64,000 nucleotides of DNA from Alphaproteobacteria bacterium (GCA_965249135.1 OZ252220.1:1632001-1696000); one strand, 5' to 3'; positions 36,273 to 47,151 are shown, counted from the first letter of the stretch. Made by a program: numbers and translations. The notes: generated by a model from the letters alone, not told the origin.

Positions 36273-37679
36273 TCAATTGAATTCGCGAATGTCGGCAAGG
36301 TGGCCGGTGATCGCGGCTGCGGCCGCCATCACCGGGCTCATCAGATGGGTGCGCCCGCCCCGGCCCTGACGGCCTTCGAAATTGCGGTTCGAGGTCGAGG
36401 CGCAACGCTCGCCGGATTTCAGTTTGTCCGCGTTCATCGCCAGGCACATGGAACAGCCCGGCTCGCGCCATTCGAAGCCTGCCTCGATGAAGATCCGATC
36501 GAGCCCTTCGCTTTCCGCCTCTTCCTTCACCAACCCGGATCCCGGTACGACCATCGCATCGACGTTGGGGGAGACCTTCTTGCCTTTCACGATGGCGGCG
36601 GCGGCGCGCAGATCCTCGATCCGTGCGTTCGTGCAGGAACCGATGAAGACACGGTCGACCTTGACGTCGAGGAGCCGTGTGCCTGGCTTCAATCCCATGT
36701 AGTCGAGCGCGCGTTCCATCGCGCGCCGGCGGTTCGGATCCGTCTCGTCCGCCGGATCCGGCACGGAGCCTGTGATGGGCAGCACGTCCTGGGGGCTGGT
36801 TCCCCAAGTGACTTGGGGGGCGATGGCATTCGCGGCAAGGACGACTTCGCGATCGTAAAGGGCTCCGTCGTCAGACGGCAGCGCTCGCCACGCCTCGACC
36901 GCCTGCTCCCAGGCACCGCCCTTCGGCACGAAGGTGCGGCCCTTCAGATATTCGAAGGTCGTATCGTCGGGTGCTATGAGGCCGGCCCGGGCACCCGCTT
37001 CGATCGTCATGTTGCAAAGGGTCATCCGCCCTTCCATCGTAAGCTCGCGGATGGTGGAACCCGCATATTCGATGATATGCCCGGTGCCGCCGGCCGTGCC
37101 GATGGTGCCAATGATCGCAAGGGCGATGTCCTTGGCCGTGATGCTGGAGGCAAGCTCGCCTTCCACCGTGATCCGCATGTTTTCGGCGGGCTTTTGAATC
37201 AGCGTCTGGGTGGCCAGCACGTGCTCTACCTCCGACGTGCCAATGCCAAAGGCGAGCGCTCCGAAGGCGCCGTGGGTCGCGGTATGGCTGTCGCCGCAGA
37301 CGATCGTCATCCCGGGTTGGGTAAAGCCCTGCTCCGGTCCGATGACGTGAACGATCCCCTGACGGATGTCCGTCATCGACAGGTAGGGGATTTTGCATTC
37401 CTCGCAGTTCTTCTCGAGGGTTTCGATCTGCAGGCGGGATTCTGGATCCGCGATTCCATGGGAGCGGTCCGTCGTCGGCACATTGTGATCACAAACGGCA
37501 AGCGTCGCTTGCGGATAACGAACCTTGCGACCGTTTGCACGGAGTCCTTCGAAGGCCTGTGGGCTTGTTACTTCGTGAACGAGGTGCCGGTCGATGTAGA
37601 GCAGGCACGTGCCATCCTCGGCAACGTCCACCAAATGAGATTGCCAGATTTTATCGAACAGTGTCCTTGACCGTACCAT
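36273..37679 (-). CDS. leuC: 3-isopropylmalate dehydratase large subunit
   Basis: [41 protein letters not shown]; ATG at 37679. Confidence 0.98.
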   Translation of the reverse strand: MVRSRTLFDKIWQSHLVDVAEDGTCLLYIDRHLVHEVTSPQAFEGLRANGRKVRYPQATLAVCDHNVPTTDRSHGIADPESRLQIETLEKNCEECKIPYLSMTDIRQGIVHVIGPEQGFTQPGMTIVCGDSHTATHGAFGALAFGIGTSEVEHVLATQTLIQKPAENMRITVEGELASSITAKDIALAIIGTIGTAGGTGHIIEYAGSTIRELTMEGRMTLCNMTIEAGARAGLIAPDDTTFEYLKGRTFVPKGGAWEQAVEAWRALPSDDGALYDREVVLAANAIAPQVTWGTSPQDVLPITGSVPDPADETDPNRRRAMERALDYMGLKPGTRLLDVKVDRVFIGSCTNARIEDLRAAAAIVKGKKVSPNVDAMVVPGSGLVKEEAESEGLDRIFIEAGFEWREPGCSMCLAMNADKLKSGERCASTSNRNFEGRQGRGGRTHLMSPVMAAAAAITGHLADIREFN

Positions 37680-37683
37680 CGTC

Positions 37684-38160
37684 CTATTCGGTTTCCTCGG
37701 CAGGCGCTTCCGCCTTCGCCGCTTTCTTTTTCTTCGCCCTCTTTTTGGCAGGCTTGGTTTCGGGTGTGGCTTCGGCTTCGGCCTTGCGTGCCGACATGCG
37801 GCGCGACGTGTCTTCGGCGATACGCGCACTTCGTCCGGAACGTTCCCGCAGGTAGTAAAGCTTCGCCTGGCGGACGGAGCCGTAACGCACGACCTCGATA
37901 CCGGCAATGCGCGGCGAGTAGGTAGGAAAGACGCGCTCGACGCCTTCCCCATAGGAAATCTTGCGCACCGTGAACGAGGAATTGATTCCCCGGTTCGCCC
38001 GGGCGATACAAACACCCTCGAAGGCCTGAATTCGCTCACGCGATCCTTCGACGACTTTGACGTCTACCCGCACCGTGTCTCCGGGTCCGAAATCCGGAAT
38101 GGGCCGCTCGGCGCTTATTTTCTCGATCGCTTCTTTTTCGAGTTCTTCGATGGTGTTCAT
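37684..38160 (-). CDS. rplS: 50S ribosomal protein L19
   Basis: [36 protein letters not shown]. Confidence 0.97.
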   Translation of the reverse strand: MNTIEELEKEAIEKISAERPIPDFGPGDTVRVDVKVVEGSRERIQAFEGVCIARANRGINSSFTVRKISYGEGVERVFPTYSPRIAGIEVVRYGSVRQAKLYYLRERSGRSARIAEDTSRRMSARKAEAEATPETKPAKKRAKKKKAAKAEAPAEETE

Positions 38161-38177
38161 GGCCATTCCCCTTGCGG

Positions 38178-38885
38178 TCATTTTTCCCGGACGTAACGGG
38201 CCCATAGGTCCGGACGTCGCTTCCGTGTGATTTCTTCCGCCTTGGCAAGCCGCCAGTCGCGGATTTTCTTGTGGTGACCGGACAACAGCACTTCCGGTAC
38301 CTCCCGGTCTTGCCAGCTTTGCGGCCGGGTGTAGTGCGGGTATTCCAAAAGTCCGCGCTCGAAACTTTCCTCGACGAGTGCGTCCTTGCACCCGACCACG
38401 CCTGGCAGCAGCCGCACGCAGGCATCGATGAGCGCGATCGCGGCGGGCTCCCCACCGGAGAGGATGAAATCGCCGAGGCTGATTTCCTCCATCTTCCAGG
38501 CCTCCAGCACGCGCTCGTCGACGCCTTCGAAGCGCCCGCAGAGAAGGGTCACTTCCTTCTCACCTGCCAGGCGGCGGATGGAAGGCTGATCCAGCGGCCG
38601 ACCTCGCGGGGAGAGGTAAAGATTAGGGCCTTGCGGGGTCGTGTTCGCCTGAAGGGCCGCGTCGATGACGTCCGGCCTTAAGACCATGCCCGCCCCGCCG
38701 CCGAAGGGTGTGTCGTCGACAGAGCGGTGTTTATCGCTCGCAAAATGGCGAATGTCTACCGTTTCTAAGGTCCAGATCCCCTCCTTCAGCGCCTTGCCGG
38801 GAAGCGAGGCACCAAGCGGGCCCGGAAACATTTCCGGGTAAAGGGTAAGGACGCGTGCCCGCCATGGGGATGCCGACTTAGCCAT
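38178..38885 (-). CDS. trmD: tRNA (guanine37-N1)-methyltransferase
   Basis: [43 protein letters not shown]. Confidence 0.98.
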   Translation of the reverse strand: MAKSASPWRARVLTLYPEMFPGPLGASLPGKALKEGIWTLETVDIRHFASDKHRSVDDTPFGGGAGMVLRPDVIDAALQANTTPQGPNLYLSPRGRPLDQPSIRRLAGEKEVTLLCGRFEGVDERVLEAWKMEEISLGDFILSGGEPAAIALIDACVRLLPGVVGCKDALVEESFERGLLEYPHYTRPQSWQDREVPEVLLSGHHKKIRDWRLAKAEEITRKRRPDLWARYVREK

Positions 38886-39456
38886 CGTCCCCGTTCCCTT
38901 CCTCTAGGGCGGCCTTTTCTTCCGAAAGGATGCCGGCCGCAAGGTCGACGATCACGCGGCCGCCTTCCAGATCCACCTCGGGCACCGCTTCCCGCGTAAA
39001 GGGGACCATGGCGGTGGCTCCGCTTTCGGCTCCGATTTCCAGGATGTCGCCGGCCCCGAAATTATGCACGCCACGCACGCTGCCCAGGCAATGGCCGTCC
39101 AATGCTTCGACCCGAAGCCCGATGAGATCGCCATGGTAGTACTCGTCCTCCGCCGGCTCCGGCAGGGCGGTTCTCGGCACGTAAAGCAGCATGCCTTTGA
39201 GGGCAAGAGCGGCGTCGCGGTTCTGGATGCCGGACGTGCGGATAAGCAGGACGTCTTTCGCACTTCCCTCGACGGTAAGGTCGAAGATGCGCGCACCCCC
39301 TTCGTCCGAAACGGGTCCATAGGCCGCCACGTCCATCGGGTTCTCCGTGAAGCTGCGTACGCGGAGCATCCCCTTCACGCCATGGGCGCCGGTGACGACG
39401 CCGATGCAGACGCGATCCGTATGTGCTTCGTTCCGATGAATTTTCTGAGCAACCAT
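38878..39456 (-). CDS. rimM: Ribosome maturation factor RimM
   Basis: [28 protein letters not shown]; ATG 39456 has the better RBS spacing. Confidence 0.95.
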   Translation of the reverse strand: MVAQKIHRNEAHTDRVCIGVVTGAHGVKGMLRVRSFTENPMDVAAYGPVSDEGGARIFDLTVEGSAKDVLLIRTSGIQNRDAALALKGMLLYVPRTALPEPAEDEYYHGDLIGLRVEALDGHCLGSVRGVHNFGAGDILEIGAESGATAMVPFTREAVPEVDLEGGRVIVDLAAGILSEEKAALEEGNGDDG

Positions 39457-39483
39457 TCGCATGTTCCTCTGAAGGCGGAGCCG

Positions 39484-39966
39484 TCAGGATTTTTCCTCTT
39501 CGGCCGGCGCTTCTTCTTTCGCTTCCTCGGCCGGGGCTTCTTCCGCTTTCACTTCTTCCGCTTTCACTTCTTCCGCTTTCACTTCTTCCGCCGGCGCTTC
39601 CTCGGCGGGGGCTTCTTTCGCTTCCGGCTTCGTTTCGCCCTTTGCTGCTTCCTCCGCCTTCTTGCGCTCCTTCTTGGGGATCGCCTTCTCGGGGTTGTTG
39701 CGCTTCGGCGGCATCGGTGCGATGCTCGCCTCTCCGAGGAAACGCGCCACCCGATCGCTGGGCCGCGCACCGACGGAAAGCCAGTGCTTGATTCGTTCCG
39801 GATCCAGCTTCACGCGATCCGGATGGTCCTTTGCCACCATCGGATTGTAGGTGCCGACTCGTTCGATGAAACGACCATCGCGCGGGTTTCGCGTATCCGT
39901 TACGACGATACGGTAGAAAGGGCGCTTCTTTGCACCGGTACGGGACATTCGAATTTTGACACTCAT
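39484..39966 (-). CDS. rpsP: 30S ribosomal protein S16 with acidic repeat tail
   Basis: [37 protein letters not shown]; ATG at 39966. Confidence 0.97.
   Translation of the reverse strand: MSVKIRMSRTGAKKRPFYRIVVTDTRNPRDGRFIERVGTYNPMVAKDHPDRVKLDPERIKHWLSVGARPSDRVARFLGEASIAPMPPKRNNPEKAIPKKERKKAEEAAKGETKPEAKEAPAEEAPAEEVKAEEVKAEEVKAEEAPAEEAKEEAPAEEEKS
39538..39582. repeat. 15-nt tandem repeat x3 in the rpsP tail
   Basis: TTCTTCCGCTTTCAC x3 exact, encodes (VKAEE)3. Confidence 0.92.
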
Positions 39967-39982
39967 GAGCCTTCGTCTTTCC

Positions 39983-41353
39983 TTATGAGTTGCGGGGATG
40001 CATCGGATCAAAGGGAAGCGAGCCAAGGCCGAGGTTGCCCTGTCCCATCTTTTCCAGTTTCTTCATCTTCTTCATCATCGTTTGCATGTCGCGGAACTGT
40101 TTGAGCAGACGGTTGACGTCACGCACGGCCGTGCCTGACCCTGTCGCGATGCGCTGCTTGCGCGAAGCATGCAAAATTTTTGGGTTTCGCCTTTCGGCAG
40201 GCGTCATCGAACGGATGATGGCTTCCTGCTTCAGGATGAGCCGTTCGTCGATCTTCGAGGCCGCCACCTGTTTTTGCATCTTGTCGAGACCTGGCAGAAG
40301 CGAAACGAGCTCGCCGATGCCGCCCATCTTTCGGAGCTGACGAAACTGTTGTGCCATATCCTCGAGGTCGAACCGGCCCTTCTCGAGTTTCTTCGTCAGG
40401 CGTTCGATGTCCTGCTGATCGACGGTGGCTTGCGCCTTCTCGACGAGACTCACGACATCGCCCATGCCGAGGATGCGGCCGGCGATCCGTTCCGGGTGAA
40501 AGGCGTCCAGGGCGTCGAGTTTTTCGCCGACGCCGACGAACTTGATCGGACAACCGGTTGCCGCCCGCATGGAAAGTGCGGCGCCGCCACGTGCGTCGCC
40601 GTCGAGGCGGGTGAGCACGATGCCGGTAAGGCCGATGCGTTCCTGAAAGGCTTCAGCCACGGTAAGCGCGTCCTGACCCATCATGGCGTCGGCCACCAGC
40701 AAGGTTTCGACCGGCTTTGCCGCATCGTGCACGGCTTTTGCCTCCGCCATCATTTCCTCGTCGACATGCAAGCGTCCGGCGGTATCCAGAAGGACGACGT
40801 CGAAGCCTTGGCTCCCGGCCTCAGCGATGGCGCGCCTTGCAATCTTGACCGGCGTTTCGCCCGGAACCGTTGGAAGGACGGCAAGCTTTGCCTGGCTGCC
40901 GAGGGTTGCGAGTTGTTCCTGGGCGGCCGGCCGGACGACATCGAGGGAGGCCATCAAGACCTTCTTGTTTTCCTTTTCGGTCAACCGATGCGCGATCTTC
41001 GCCACCGTCGTCGTCTTGCCGGAACCTTGCAGGCCGACGAAGAGGATCGAGACGGGCGGCTTGCCATCGAGCGTAATGGTGGCAGCTTCTTTGCCGAGCA
41101 TGTCGACAAGCGCGTCGTGGACGATTTTCACGACCATCTGTCCAGGGGCGACGGCGCGGGTGATGGCCTCGCCGGCCGCCTCGACCTCGACCTTCGCGAT
41201 GAAGTCCTTGACGACCGAAAGGGCGACGTCCGCCTCCAGCAACGCGATCCGGATTTCCCGAAGCGCCGCCTTCACGTCGTCGGCCGAAAGCGCGCCTCGT
41301 TTCTTCAACTTTCCGAAGACGTCGCCAAGCCGCGTCGACAGGCTTTCGAACAT
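39983..41353 (-). CDS. ffh: Signal recognition particle protein
   Basis: [28 protein letters not shown] domain SMTPAER; ATG at 41353. Confidence 0.98.
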   Translation of the reverse strand: MFESLSTRLGDVFGKLKKRGALSADDVKAALREIRIALLEADVALSVVKDFIAKVEVEAAGEAITRAVAPGQMVVKIVHDALVDMLGKEAATITLDGKPPVSILFVGLQGSGKTTTVAKIAHRLTEKENKKVLMASLDVVRPAAQEQLATLGSQAKLAVLPTVPGETPVKIARRAIAEAGSQGFDVVLLDTAGRLHVDEEMMAEAKAVHDAAKPVETLLVADAMMGQDALTVAEAFQERIGLTGIVLTRLDGDARGGAALSMRAATGCPIKFVGVGEKLDALDAFHPERIAGRILGMGDVVSLVEKAQATVDQQDIERLTKKLEKGRFDLEDMAQQFRQLRKMGGIGELVSLLPGLDKMQKQVAASKIDERLILKQEAIIRSMTPAERRNPKILHASRKQRIATGSGTAVRDVNRLLKQFRDMQTMMKKMKKLEKMGQGNLGLGSLPFDPMHPRNS

Positions 41354-41377
41354 GCCTTTCCTTGCCTCCTTCGAACG

Positions 41378-41445
41378 TAAAACGCGCCAGCGCGCGAAAC
41401 TCGCGGGCTGGCGGACCCCTTTAAAGAGCAAACGGTCTCTTCTTT
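41378..41445 (-). ncRNA. ffh leader RNA (resembles the alphaproteobacterial ffh sRNA motif)
   Basis: Hairpin CGCCAGCCCGCGAGUUUCGCGCGCUGGCG between predicted promoter and ffh start; family match recalled, not searched. Confidence 0.55.
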
Positions 41446-41458
41446 GAAAAGGTGGCGC

Positions 41459-41488
41459 ATGCTAGGGGGGAGGGCGGCAAAAAGTCAA
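41459..41488 (-). promoter_or_regulatory. Candidate sigma70 promoter of the ffh operon
   Basis: Minus strand TTGACT-N18-TAGCAT. Confidence 0.5.
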
Positions 41489-41539
41489 GACTTTCAAGGG
41501 ATTCGTAAACGTCCTCGGGGCCTGGGCTAGGATGGGGAA

Positions 41540-42235
41540 ATGGCGATCTATGGGGAAATCGGTGAAGCGCTTCGGCCCTTTGGTCTTATTCTTCGGGGCG
41601 GTTTCCACCCGGAGGCTGCGGACGACGTGCCGCCGCTTAGCTCAGGGGGGCCTTCCAAGACCCTGGTGCTGGCCGGTAATGCCGGGCCCGCCATGTGGGA
41701 GGCCTTCGCGGCCTCGGGCGAGGCCAAAGACGAAGCGCCCGATCCACTCGATCGCTGGTCCATGCGAATCCTCTCGGCCGTGGCGGAAGGATGTGGGGCC
41801 GAACCCCTCTTTCCCTTCGGCGCGCCGGCTCGTCCTTTCTTGAGTTGGGCGGCCCGCGCGGAGCCGGTGGCCCCCTCTCCGATCGGGCCGCTGATTCACC
41901 CGGAATACGGCCTCTGGCACGCCTATCGCGGCGCGTTTTCGTTTCCCGAACGCCTCAAATTACCGGCCCGCGTCGAGCGACCACGGCCGTGCGAGACTTG
42001 CGAGACGAAACCCTGCTTGGGTGCCTGCCCGGTCGATGCCTTCGCGACCGGGGCTTACGACGTGCCGCGCTGCATGGACCATCTGGAGCAGCCGGCCGGC
42101 AAGGACTGCGTCGAGGGAGGCTGCCTCGCGCGCCGGGCCTGCCCGGTAGGCCTCGCCTATGCGCCACCCCAGGCGGCGTTCCACACGGCCGCCTTCATGG
42201 GAGCCATGCGCAAACACGGCCTCGGCAAAGTCTAA
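41540..42235 (+). CDS. Fe-S protein (QueG/MMACHC-like N-terminal part + 4Fe-4S dicluster Cys motifs)
   Basis: IHPEYGLWHAYRG; CETCETKPCLGACPV; C...CVEGGCLARRACP. Confidence 0.75.
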   Translation: MAIYGEIGEALRPFGLILRGGFHPEAADDVPPLSSGGPSKTLVLAGNAGPAMWEAFAASGEAKDEAPDPLDRWSMRILSAVAEGCGAEPLFPFGAPARPFLSWAARAEPVAPSPIGPLIHPEYGLWHAYRGAFSFPERLKLPARVERPRPCETCETKPCLGACPVDAFATGAYDVPRCMDHLEQPAGKDCVEGGCLARRACPVGLAYAPPQAAFHTAAFMGAMRKHGLGKV

Positions 42236-42298
42236 CTAGGGCCGGATAAGGGCCCGAAACCAATGGACTTTCTTAGCTTTTCGGCCATATAAGCGGGC

Positions 42299-43153
42299 AT
42301 GACTGGTATTGCGTTTCAAAAGATGCAAGGCGCAGGGAACGACTTCGTCGTCCTCGACGCACGTGCCGGCGGGTTTTCCGCGAAGGCATTCACGACGGCG
42401 AGCGCGAAGGCGATCGCGGAGCGTCGCACCGGGGTCGGCTGCGATCAGGTCGTTCTCATCGAATCGCCCTGCGGCGAAGGCACCGCCGCCATGCGGATCC
42501 GTAACGCCGATGGCGGGGAGGTGACCGCCTGCGGTAACGCGGCGCGTTGTGTGGCCCTGCTTTTGATGACGGAGCGGGGGGAAGACCACGTGAGCCTCGA
42601 GACGGCGGCCGGCCTTGTCGAGGCGGTCCGCGAGGCCAGGGATCGGATCCGTATCGACATGGGGATCGCGAAGACGGACTGGCAGGCAATTCCCTTGAAG
42701 GAAGCCGCCGATACGCTGCATCTCGATCTTCGCGACGGCGAGCTTGGAGACGCCGTCGCCGTCAGCATGGGCAATCCGCATGCCGTCTTCTTCGTTGAGG
42801 ACGTGGAAAAGGTGCCCCTTGCCGAGGCCGGGCCGCGGCTCGAACACGCCCCCCTTTTTCCGGAGCGGGCGAACATCGGGATCGCCCAAGTGCTTTCCGA
42901 AGATCGCCTGCGGCTGCGCGTCTGGGAACGTGGCGCCGGATTGACCCGGGCCTGCGGCAGCGGGGCGTGCGCGGCCGTCGTCGCCGCCAATCGCCGGGGG
43001 CTTTTGCGCCCCGAGGCGGAAGTCGTCCAGGACGGTGGCAGCCTCACCGTGCGGATCCGCGAGGATGGCCATGTCCTGCTCAGCGGTCCGGCTGCCTGGA
43101 GCTTCACCGGCGAGCTTCCTTCCGAACTCATCGATCAGGAGCAGGCGGCATGA
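42299..43153 (+). CDS. dapF: Diaminopimelate epimerase
   Basis: KMQGAGNDF, GVGCDQ, ACGNAARC, GNPH, ERGAGLTRACGSG. Confidence 0.97.
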   Translation: MTGIAFQKMQGAGNDFVVLDARAGGFSAKAFTTASAKAIAERRTGVGCDQVVLIESPCGEGTAAMRIRNADGGEVTACGNAARCVALLLMTERGEDHVSLETAAGLVEAVREARDRIRIDMGIAKTDWQAIPLKEAADTLHLDLRDGELGDAVAVSMGNPHAVFFVEDVEKVPLAEAGPRLEHAPLFPERANIGIAQVLSEDRLRLRVWERGAGLTRACGSGACAAVVAANRRGLLRPEAEVVQDGGSLTVRIREDGHVLLSGPAAWSFTGELPSELIDQEQAA

Positions 43154-44397
43154 GGGAGCCGGACGTCCTTACCTTCGGTTGCCGGCTCAACGCCTATGAG
43201 TCGGAAGTGATCAAGGCCCATTCCCGCGCCGCTGGGGAAAAAGACACGGTCTATGTGAACACCTGTGCCGTGACGGCGGAAGCCGAACGCCAGGCGCGAC
43301 AGGCGATCCGGCGGCTTCGCCGCGAACGCCCCGGGGTGCGCATCGTCGTTACGGGCTGTGCCGCTCAGATCTCACCCGAGACTTACGCGAAGATGCCGGA
43401 AGTTAATCACGTGCTCGGCAATGCCGAGAAACTCGATCCGGAAAATTACGGCGACGACGACCGCCCACGCATCGCCGTCAACGATATCTTCTCCGTCAAC
43501 GAGACGGCGGGTCATCTGGTTCAGGGATTCGAGGGCAGGGCGCGCGCCTTTCTTCAGGTGCAGAACGGTTGCGATCACCGTTGCACCTTCTGCGTCATTC
43601 CCTTCGGTCGGGGACGCAGCCGAAGCGTGCCGTTTGGCGTCATCGTCGAGGCGGCGCGCACCCTCGTTGCCAATGGCTACAAGGAGATCGTGCTGACCGG
43701 CGTCGACATCACGTCCTATGGCACGGACCTTCCGGGAAGACCCACGCTCGGCTCCATGCTGCGCCGGCTGTTTGAGCTGGTGCCAGATCTGCCACGGCTT
43801 CGGCTTTCCTCGATCGACCCGGCGGAAGTCGATGGGGCATTGCTGGAGCTGCTCGCAGATGAACCAAGGCTCATGCCGCACCTCCATTTGAGTCTGCAAT
43901 CCGGGAACGATGTCATTCTAAAGCGCATGAAGCGACGCCATACGCGAGAAGCGGCGATCGCGTTTTGCGAGCGCGCGCGGAATTTGCGCCGGGACATCGT
44001 CTTCGGCGCCGACCTGATTGCCGGTTTCCCGACGGAAACGGATGCCATGTTCGAAGAAACGTTTGAGCTCATCGAGGCCTGCGATCTCACCTATTTGCAT
44101 GTCTTTCCATACTCCGCGCGCCCGGGAACGCCGGCCGCCCGGATGCCGCAGGTGCCAGCAGGTACCGCCAAGGCCCGCGCCGCCCGCTTGCGTGCGGCAG
44201 GCGAGGCTGCCGAAAGGCAATTTCACGTCACCTGCATCGGAAGGCAGGCGCGGCTTTTGATCGAAAAGCCACGCCTGGGGCGGAGCGAGCATTACGCGCC
44301 CGTCCGGCTCGACGCGGACGCACTTCCCGGGACGGTCGTTCCGGCAAGCATCGAAGGCTTTGGTGCGGACGCCTTGTTCGGGCGCATCACCGGATAG
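43150..44397 (+). CDS. mtaB: tRNA t6A37 methylthiotransferase
   Basis: TFGCRLNAYESE, NTCAVT, radical SAM GCDHRCTFC; ATG overlaps dapF stop. Confidence 0.94.
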   Translation: MREPDVLTFGCRLNAYESEVIKAHSRAAGEKDTVYVNTCAVTAEAERQARQAIRRLRRERPGVRIVVTGCAAQISPETYAKMPEVNHVLGNAEKLDPENYGDDDRPRIAVNDIFSVNETAGHLVQGFEGRARAFLQVQNGCDHRCTFCVIPFGRGRSRSVPFGVIVEAARTLVANGYKEIVLTGVDITSYGTDLPGRPTLGSMLRRLFELVPDLPRLRLSSIDPAEVDGALLELLADEPRLMPHLHLSLQSGNDVILKRMKRRHTREAAIAFCERARNLRRDIVFGADLIAGFPTETDAMFEETFELIEACDLTYLHVFPYSARPGTPAARMPQVPAGTAKARAARLRAAGEAAERQFHVTCIGRQARLLIEKPRLGRSEHYAPVRLDADALPGTVVPASIEGFGADALFGRITG

Positions 44398-44406
44398 CGA
44401 AGCGGC

Positions 44407-45336
44407 ATGCCGGAAAAGACGAGTTGGCTTCGGCGTCTTCGAGCGGGGCTGGAAAAATCCTCTGCAAAACTTACGGACGGTATCGGCGGCATCTTTACGG
44501 GCCAGCCATTGGACGAGGCCATGCTCGAAGAACTGGAAGAGATTCTCATCCGTGCCGATCTCGGGGTGGCCACCGCCGCAGAGCTCATCGCGAACTTAAA
44601 ACATGAACATTTTGGCAAGGACATAAGCGCGAGGGAAGTTCGGGCAACGCTGGCGGGCGTGATTCAACGCATTCTCGATCCCGTCGCGAAACCGTTTCGG
44701 ATCGATCCGGAAAAGAAACCCTTCGTCGTGCTTGTCGTCGGCGTGAACGGAAGCGGCAAGACGACGACGATCGGCAAACTCGCCAAGCAGTTCCATGACG
44801 AGGGCCGGGAGGTCCTGCTTGCGGCGGCGGATACGTTCCGTGCCGCCGCCGTCGCCCAGCTTGAGCTCTGGGGGGAGCGCGCCGGGGCCCCCGTCCTTGC
44901 CAGGGAGGAAGGGTCGGATGCGGCGGGGTTGGCTTACGATGCTCTCGAGCGGGCGAAGCAGGAGAAACGTGACGTGCTGTTGATCGATACGGCGGGCAGG
45001 CTCCAGAACAAGACCGCCCTCATGGAAGAACTTCAGAAGATTGCCCGCGTGCTGAAGAAGGTCGATCCGACGGCGCCCCATGCCACCCTCCTCGTTCTCG
45101 ACGCGAATGTGGGTCAGAACGCACATTCGCAGGTCAAGATCTTTCGCGACATGGTGGCGGTGGACGGATTGATGGTGACGAAGCTCGACGGCACGGCGCG
45201 GGGCGGGGTCGTCGTCGCCCTGGCCGAGCGTTTCGGCTTGCCGGTCCATGCGGTAGGGGTCGGTGAAGCGGTCGAAGACCTCCGTCCCTTCGATCCTTAT
45301 GCCTTCGCCTGTGATCTTCTGGGCATCAAAGGCTAG
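44407..45336 (+). CDS. ftsY: SRP receptor FtsY
   Basis: GVNGSGKTT, DTFRAAA, DTAGRL, TKLDGTARGG. Confidence 0.98.
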   Translation: MPEKTSWLRRLRAGLEKSSAKLTDGIGGIFTGQPLDEAMLEELEEILIRADLGVATAAELIANLKHEHFGKDISAREVRATLAGVIQRILDPVAKPFRIDPEKKPFVVLVVGVNGSGKTTTIGKLAKQFHDEGREVLLAAADTFRAAAVAQLELWGERAGAPVLAREEGSDAAGLAYDALERAKQEKRDVLLIDTAGRLQNKTALMEELQKIARVLKKVDPTAPHATLLVLDANVGQNAHSQVKIFRDMVAVDGLMVTKLDGTARGGVVVALAERFGLPVHAVGVGEAVEDLRPFDPYAFACDLLGIKG

Positions 45337-45344
45337 GCGCGCAA

Positions 45345-45599
45345 TCAGATAACGATGTCGAGGAGGCTGCCGCGAGGCAGATCGCTTGCGAGGGCTTCCT
45401 GGGGGCTCTTCGGAACGACGATGGCTCGAGGTGGTGACGCGGTGTTCGGGCCGGGGGCCTTGCCGCGTGCCTCGGCGGCCTTGCGAGCGGCCAGCACCTG
45501 CTTTGCCGCATGAACGGCGGGCGGCGGGCCTTGCGTTTTCGGGGCCGTCGGCTGGGGGGAAAGAGCCTGAAGGTGCGCCGGGATCGGCGTGACTTTCAT
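45345..45599 (-). CDS. Small Pro/Ala-rich hypothetical protein (84 aa) ending LPRGSLLDIVI
   Basis: Fills the gap between ftsY and the dehydrogenase gene; C-terminal GxxLDxx motif. Confidence 0.6.
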   Translation of the reverse strand: MKVTPIPAHLQALSPQPTAPKTQGPPPAVHAAKQVLAARKAAEARGKAPGPNTASPPRAIVVPKSPQEALASDLPRGSLLDIVI

Positions 45600-45669
45600 C
45601 GGTGGATCGCCTTGGAGGGGGCTTGCTTTGGAAGGCTCGCATCTTAAGGAGCGGCCCCTTTCGAAAAGG

Positions 45670-46968
45670 TTAAGGGGCCGCCGCCCCTTCATAGGACACC
45701 CGCCAGACCCGGTTTCCGACGTCGTCGGCGATGAGCAGGCTGCCATCCGGCAGCAGGGCGAGGCCGGAAGGCCGCCCCCAGACGCGGGCCCGTTCCCGTT
45801 CGCCTGGCCGCTCGTCGACCCGAAAGCCGGTCACGAAGGGTTCGTACCAGCCTTTCGGCCGCCCTCCCTCGAAGGGGACGCGGACGACCATGTAGCCCTG
45901 GGGTACGCCAGCATTCCAGGAGCCATGGAGCGCCACGAAGGCGTCCCCGCGATGGGTCTTTGGAAACCGCGTCCCATCGTAGAAGACGAGACCGAGCGGT
46001 GCCGAATGGGAGCGGAAGAGAAGATCCGGGACCTTCGTCTTCGCCACGCGCTCGGGCCGCAGCTCGGCGAAGCGGGGCTGCGGGTTCGGCCCCAGATAGG
46101 CGTAAGGCCAGCCGTAGAATTCGCCTGCGCGCACGCGGGTCAAATAGTCCGGCACCAGTTCATCGCCCAATCCGTCGCGTTCGTTCACCACCGTATAAAG
46201 GTCCTCCGTTCCCGGATAGAAGGCGATGCCGACCGGGTTTCGAAGGCCGGCGGCGAAGGTCCTGCCACGGCCACCCGTGATCGGAAATTCGCGGATCGTC
46301 GCCTGTGGCTCCGGCTCCTCCCCCAGATTGCCACGCGAGCCGATGGCGACGAAGAGGCGCGTGCCGTCCGGATGGAGCGCAAGATTGCGCGTCCAATGGC
46401 CGCTGCCCTTGCCCAATTCGCCGGAAGGCGTGAGCGGGGCGGCCTCGCCTTTCGTCGCCCCCGGTCGATGGGAGACGCGCCAGATCCGCTCGGTGTCGGT
46501 GACGTAGAGGGTCCCTTCCCGGAAGGCGAGGCCGTGGGGACTGTGCAACCCTTCGAGGTAGGCGCTGCGGAATTCGGCGCGGCCGTCGCCGTCCGCATCC
46601 CGCAGCAGGGTGACCTGGCCGGCGTTCGGCTCCGCCAGGAAGACATCGCCATCCGGCGTGACGCAAAGCCAGCGGGCATGGGATAGCCCGTCGGCGAAGA
46701 GGCCGGCGGTGAACCCCGTCGGTACCTTTAGGCCCGCCCCTTGCGGTTGCGGAATCCGTTGTGGGCCATTGCTGTGGCTTGGGCCCGCATAGGGCGGCGG
46801 AAGACTTTCGCGATCGACCTGGATTCGCTCCCCGATTTCCGCCGTCCGGCCGGTGGCAAGGGCCCAGCCGCCCAGCAGTGCCGCAAGCAGCAAGACCAGG
46901 CCGAAGCGGGCCTTCCCGAGATCTCCCTGATCCGCCGCCGGGTCCTCGCGTAAGGGAAAATTAACCAT
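45670..46968 (-). CDS. PQQ-dependent sugar / L-sorbosone dehydrogenase family beta-propeller protein
   Basis: HWTRN, GLRNPVG, VNERDGLGDELVPDYLT, FYGWPY, SHSAPLG, HGSWN, GRP; N-terminal signal/TM segment. Confidence 0.9.
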   Translation of the reverse strand: MVNFPLREDPAADQGDLGKARFGLVLLLAALLGGWALATGRTAEIGERIQVDRESLPPPYAGPSHSNGPQRIPQPQGAGLKVPTGFTAGLFADGLSHARWLCVTPDGDVFLAEPNAGQVTLLRDADGDGRAEFRSAYLEGLHSPHGLAFREGTLYVTDTERIWRVSHRPGATKGEAAPLTPSGELGKGSGHWTRNLALHPDGTRLFVAIGSRGNLGEEPEPQATIREFPITGGRGRTFAAGLRNPVGIAFYPGTEDLYTVVNERDGLGDELVPDYLTRVRAGEFYGWPYAYLGPNPQPRFAELRPERVAKTKVPDLLFRSHSAPLGLVFYDGTRFPKTHRGDAFVALHGSWNAGVPQGYMVVRVPFEGGRPKGWYEPFVTGFRVDERPGERERARVWGRPSGLALLPDGSLLIADDVGNRVWRVSYEGAAAP

Positions 46969-47016
46969 GTTTTTTCAAGCGCTCCTGCCCGCTACCGCCA
47001 TGGTTGCAAAGGCGCG

Positions 47017-47035
47017 GTAAGGAATACGTAACCAT
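47017..47035 (+). promoter_or_regulatory. CtrA-box-like site upstream of the DUF2336 gene
   Basis: GTAA-N7-GTAACCAT (2 mismatches to TTAA-N7-TTAAC); TTAACCAT also at 46961-46968. Confidence 0.35.
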
Positions 47036-47151
47036 CCTGCGGGTACGATTTTGCCAGGGCTGCGCACAGGTTTAGCCGAAGAAGGGGGACAAGCGCACTC
47101 GGAAAAGGGCCGGCTCATGCGGATGTCGGCCTTCGTCCGTGTGAGGATGGG

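Noticed and set aside
44407-45336. FtsY lacking the acidic N-terminal domain
   Set aside because: Short NG-only FtsY is common in Alphaproteobacteria.
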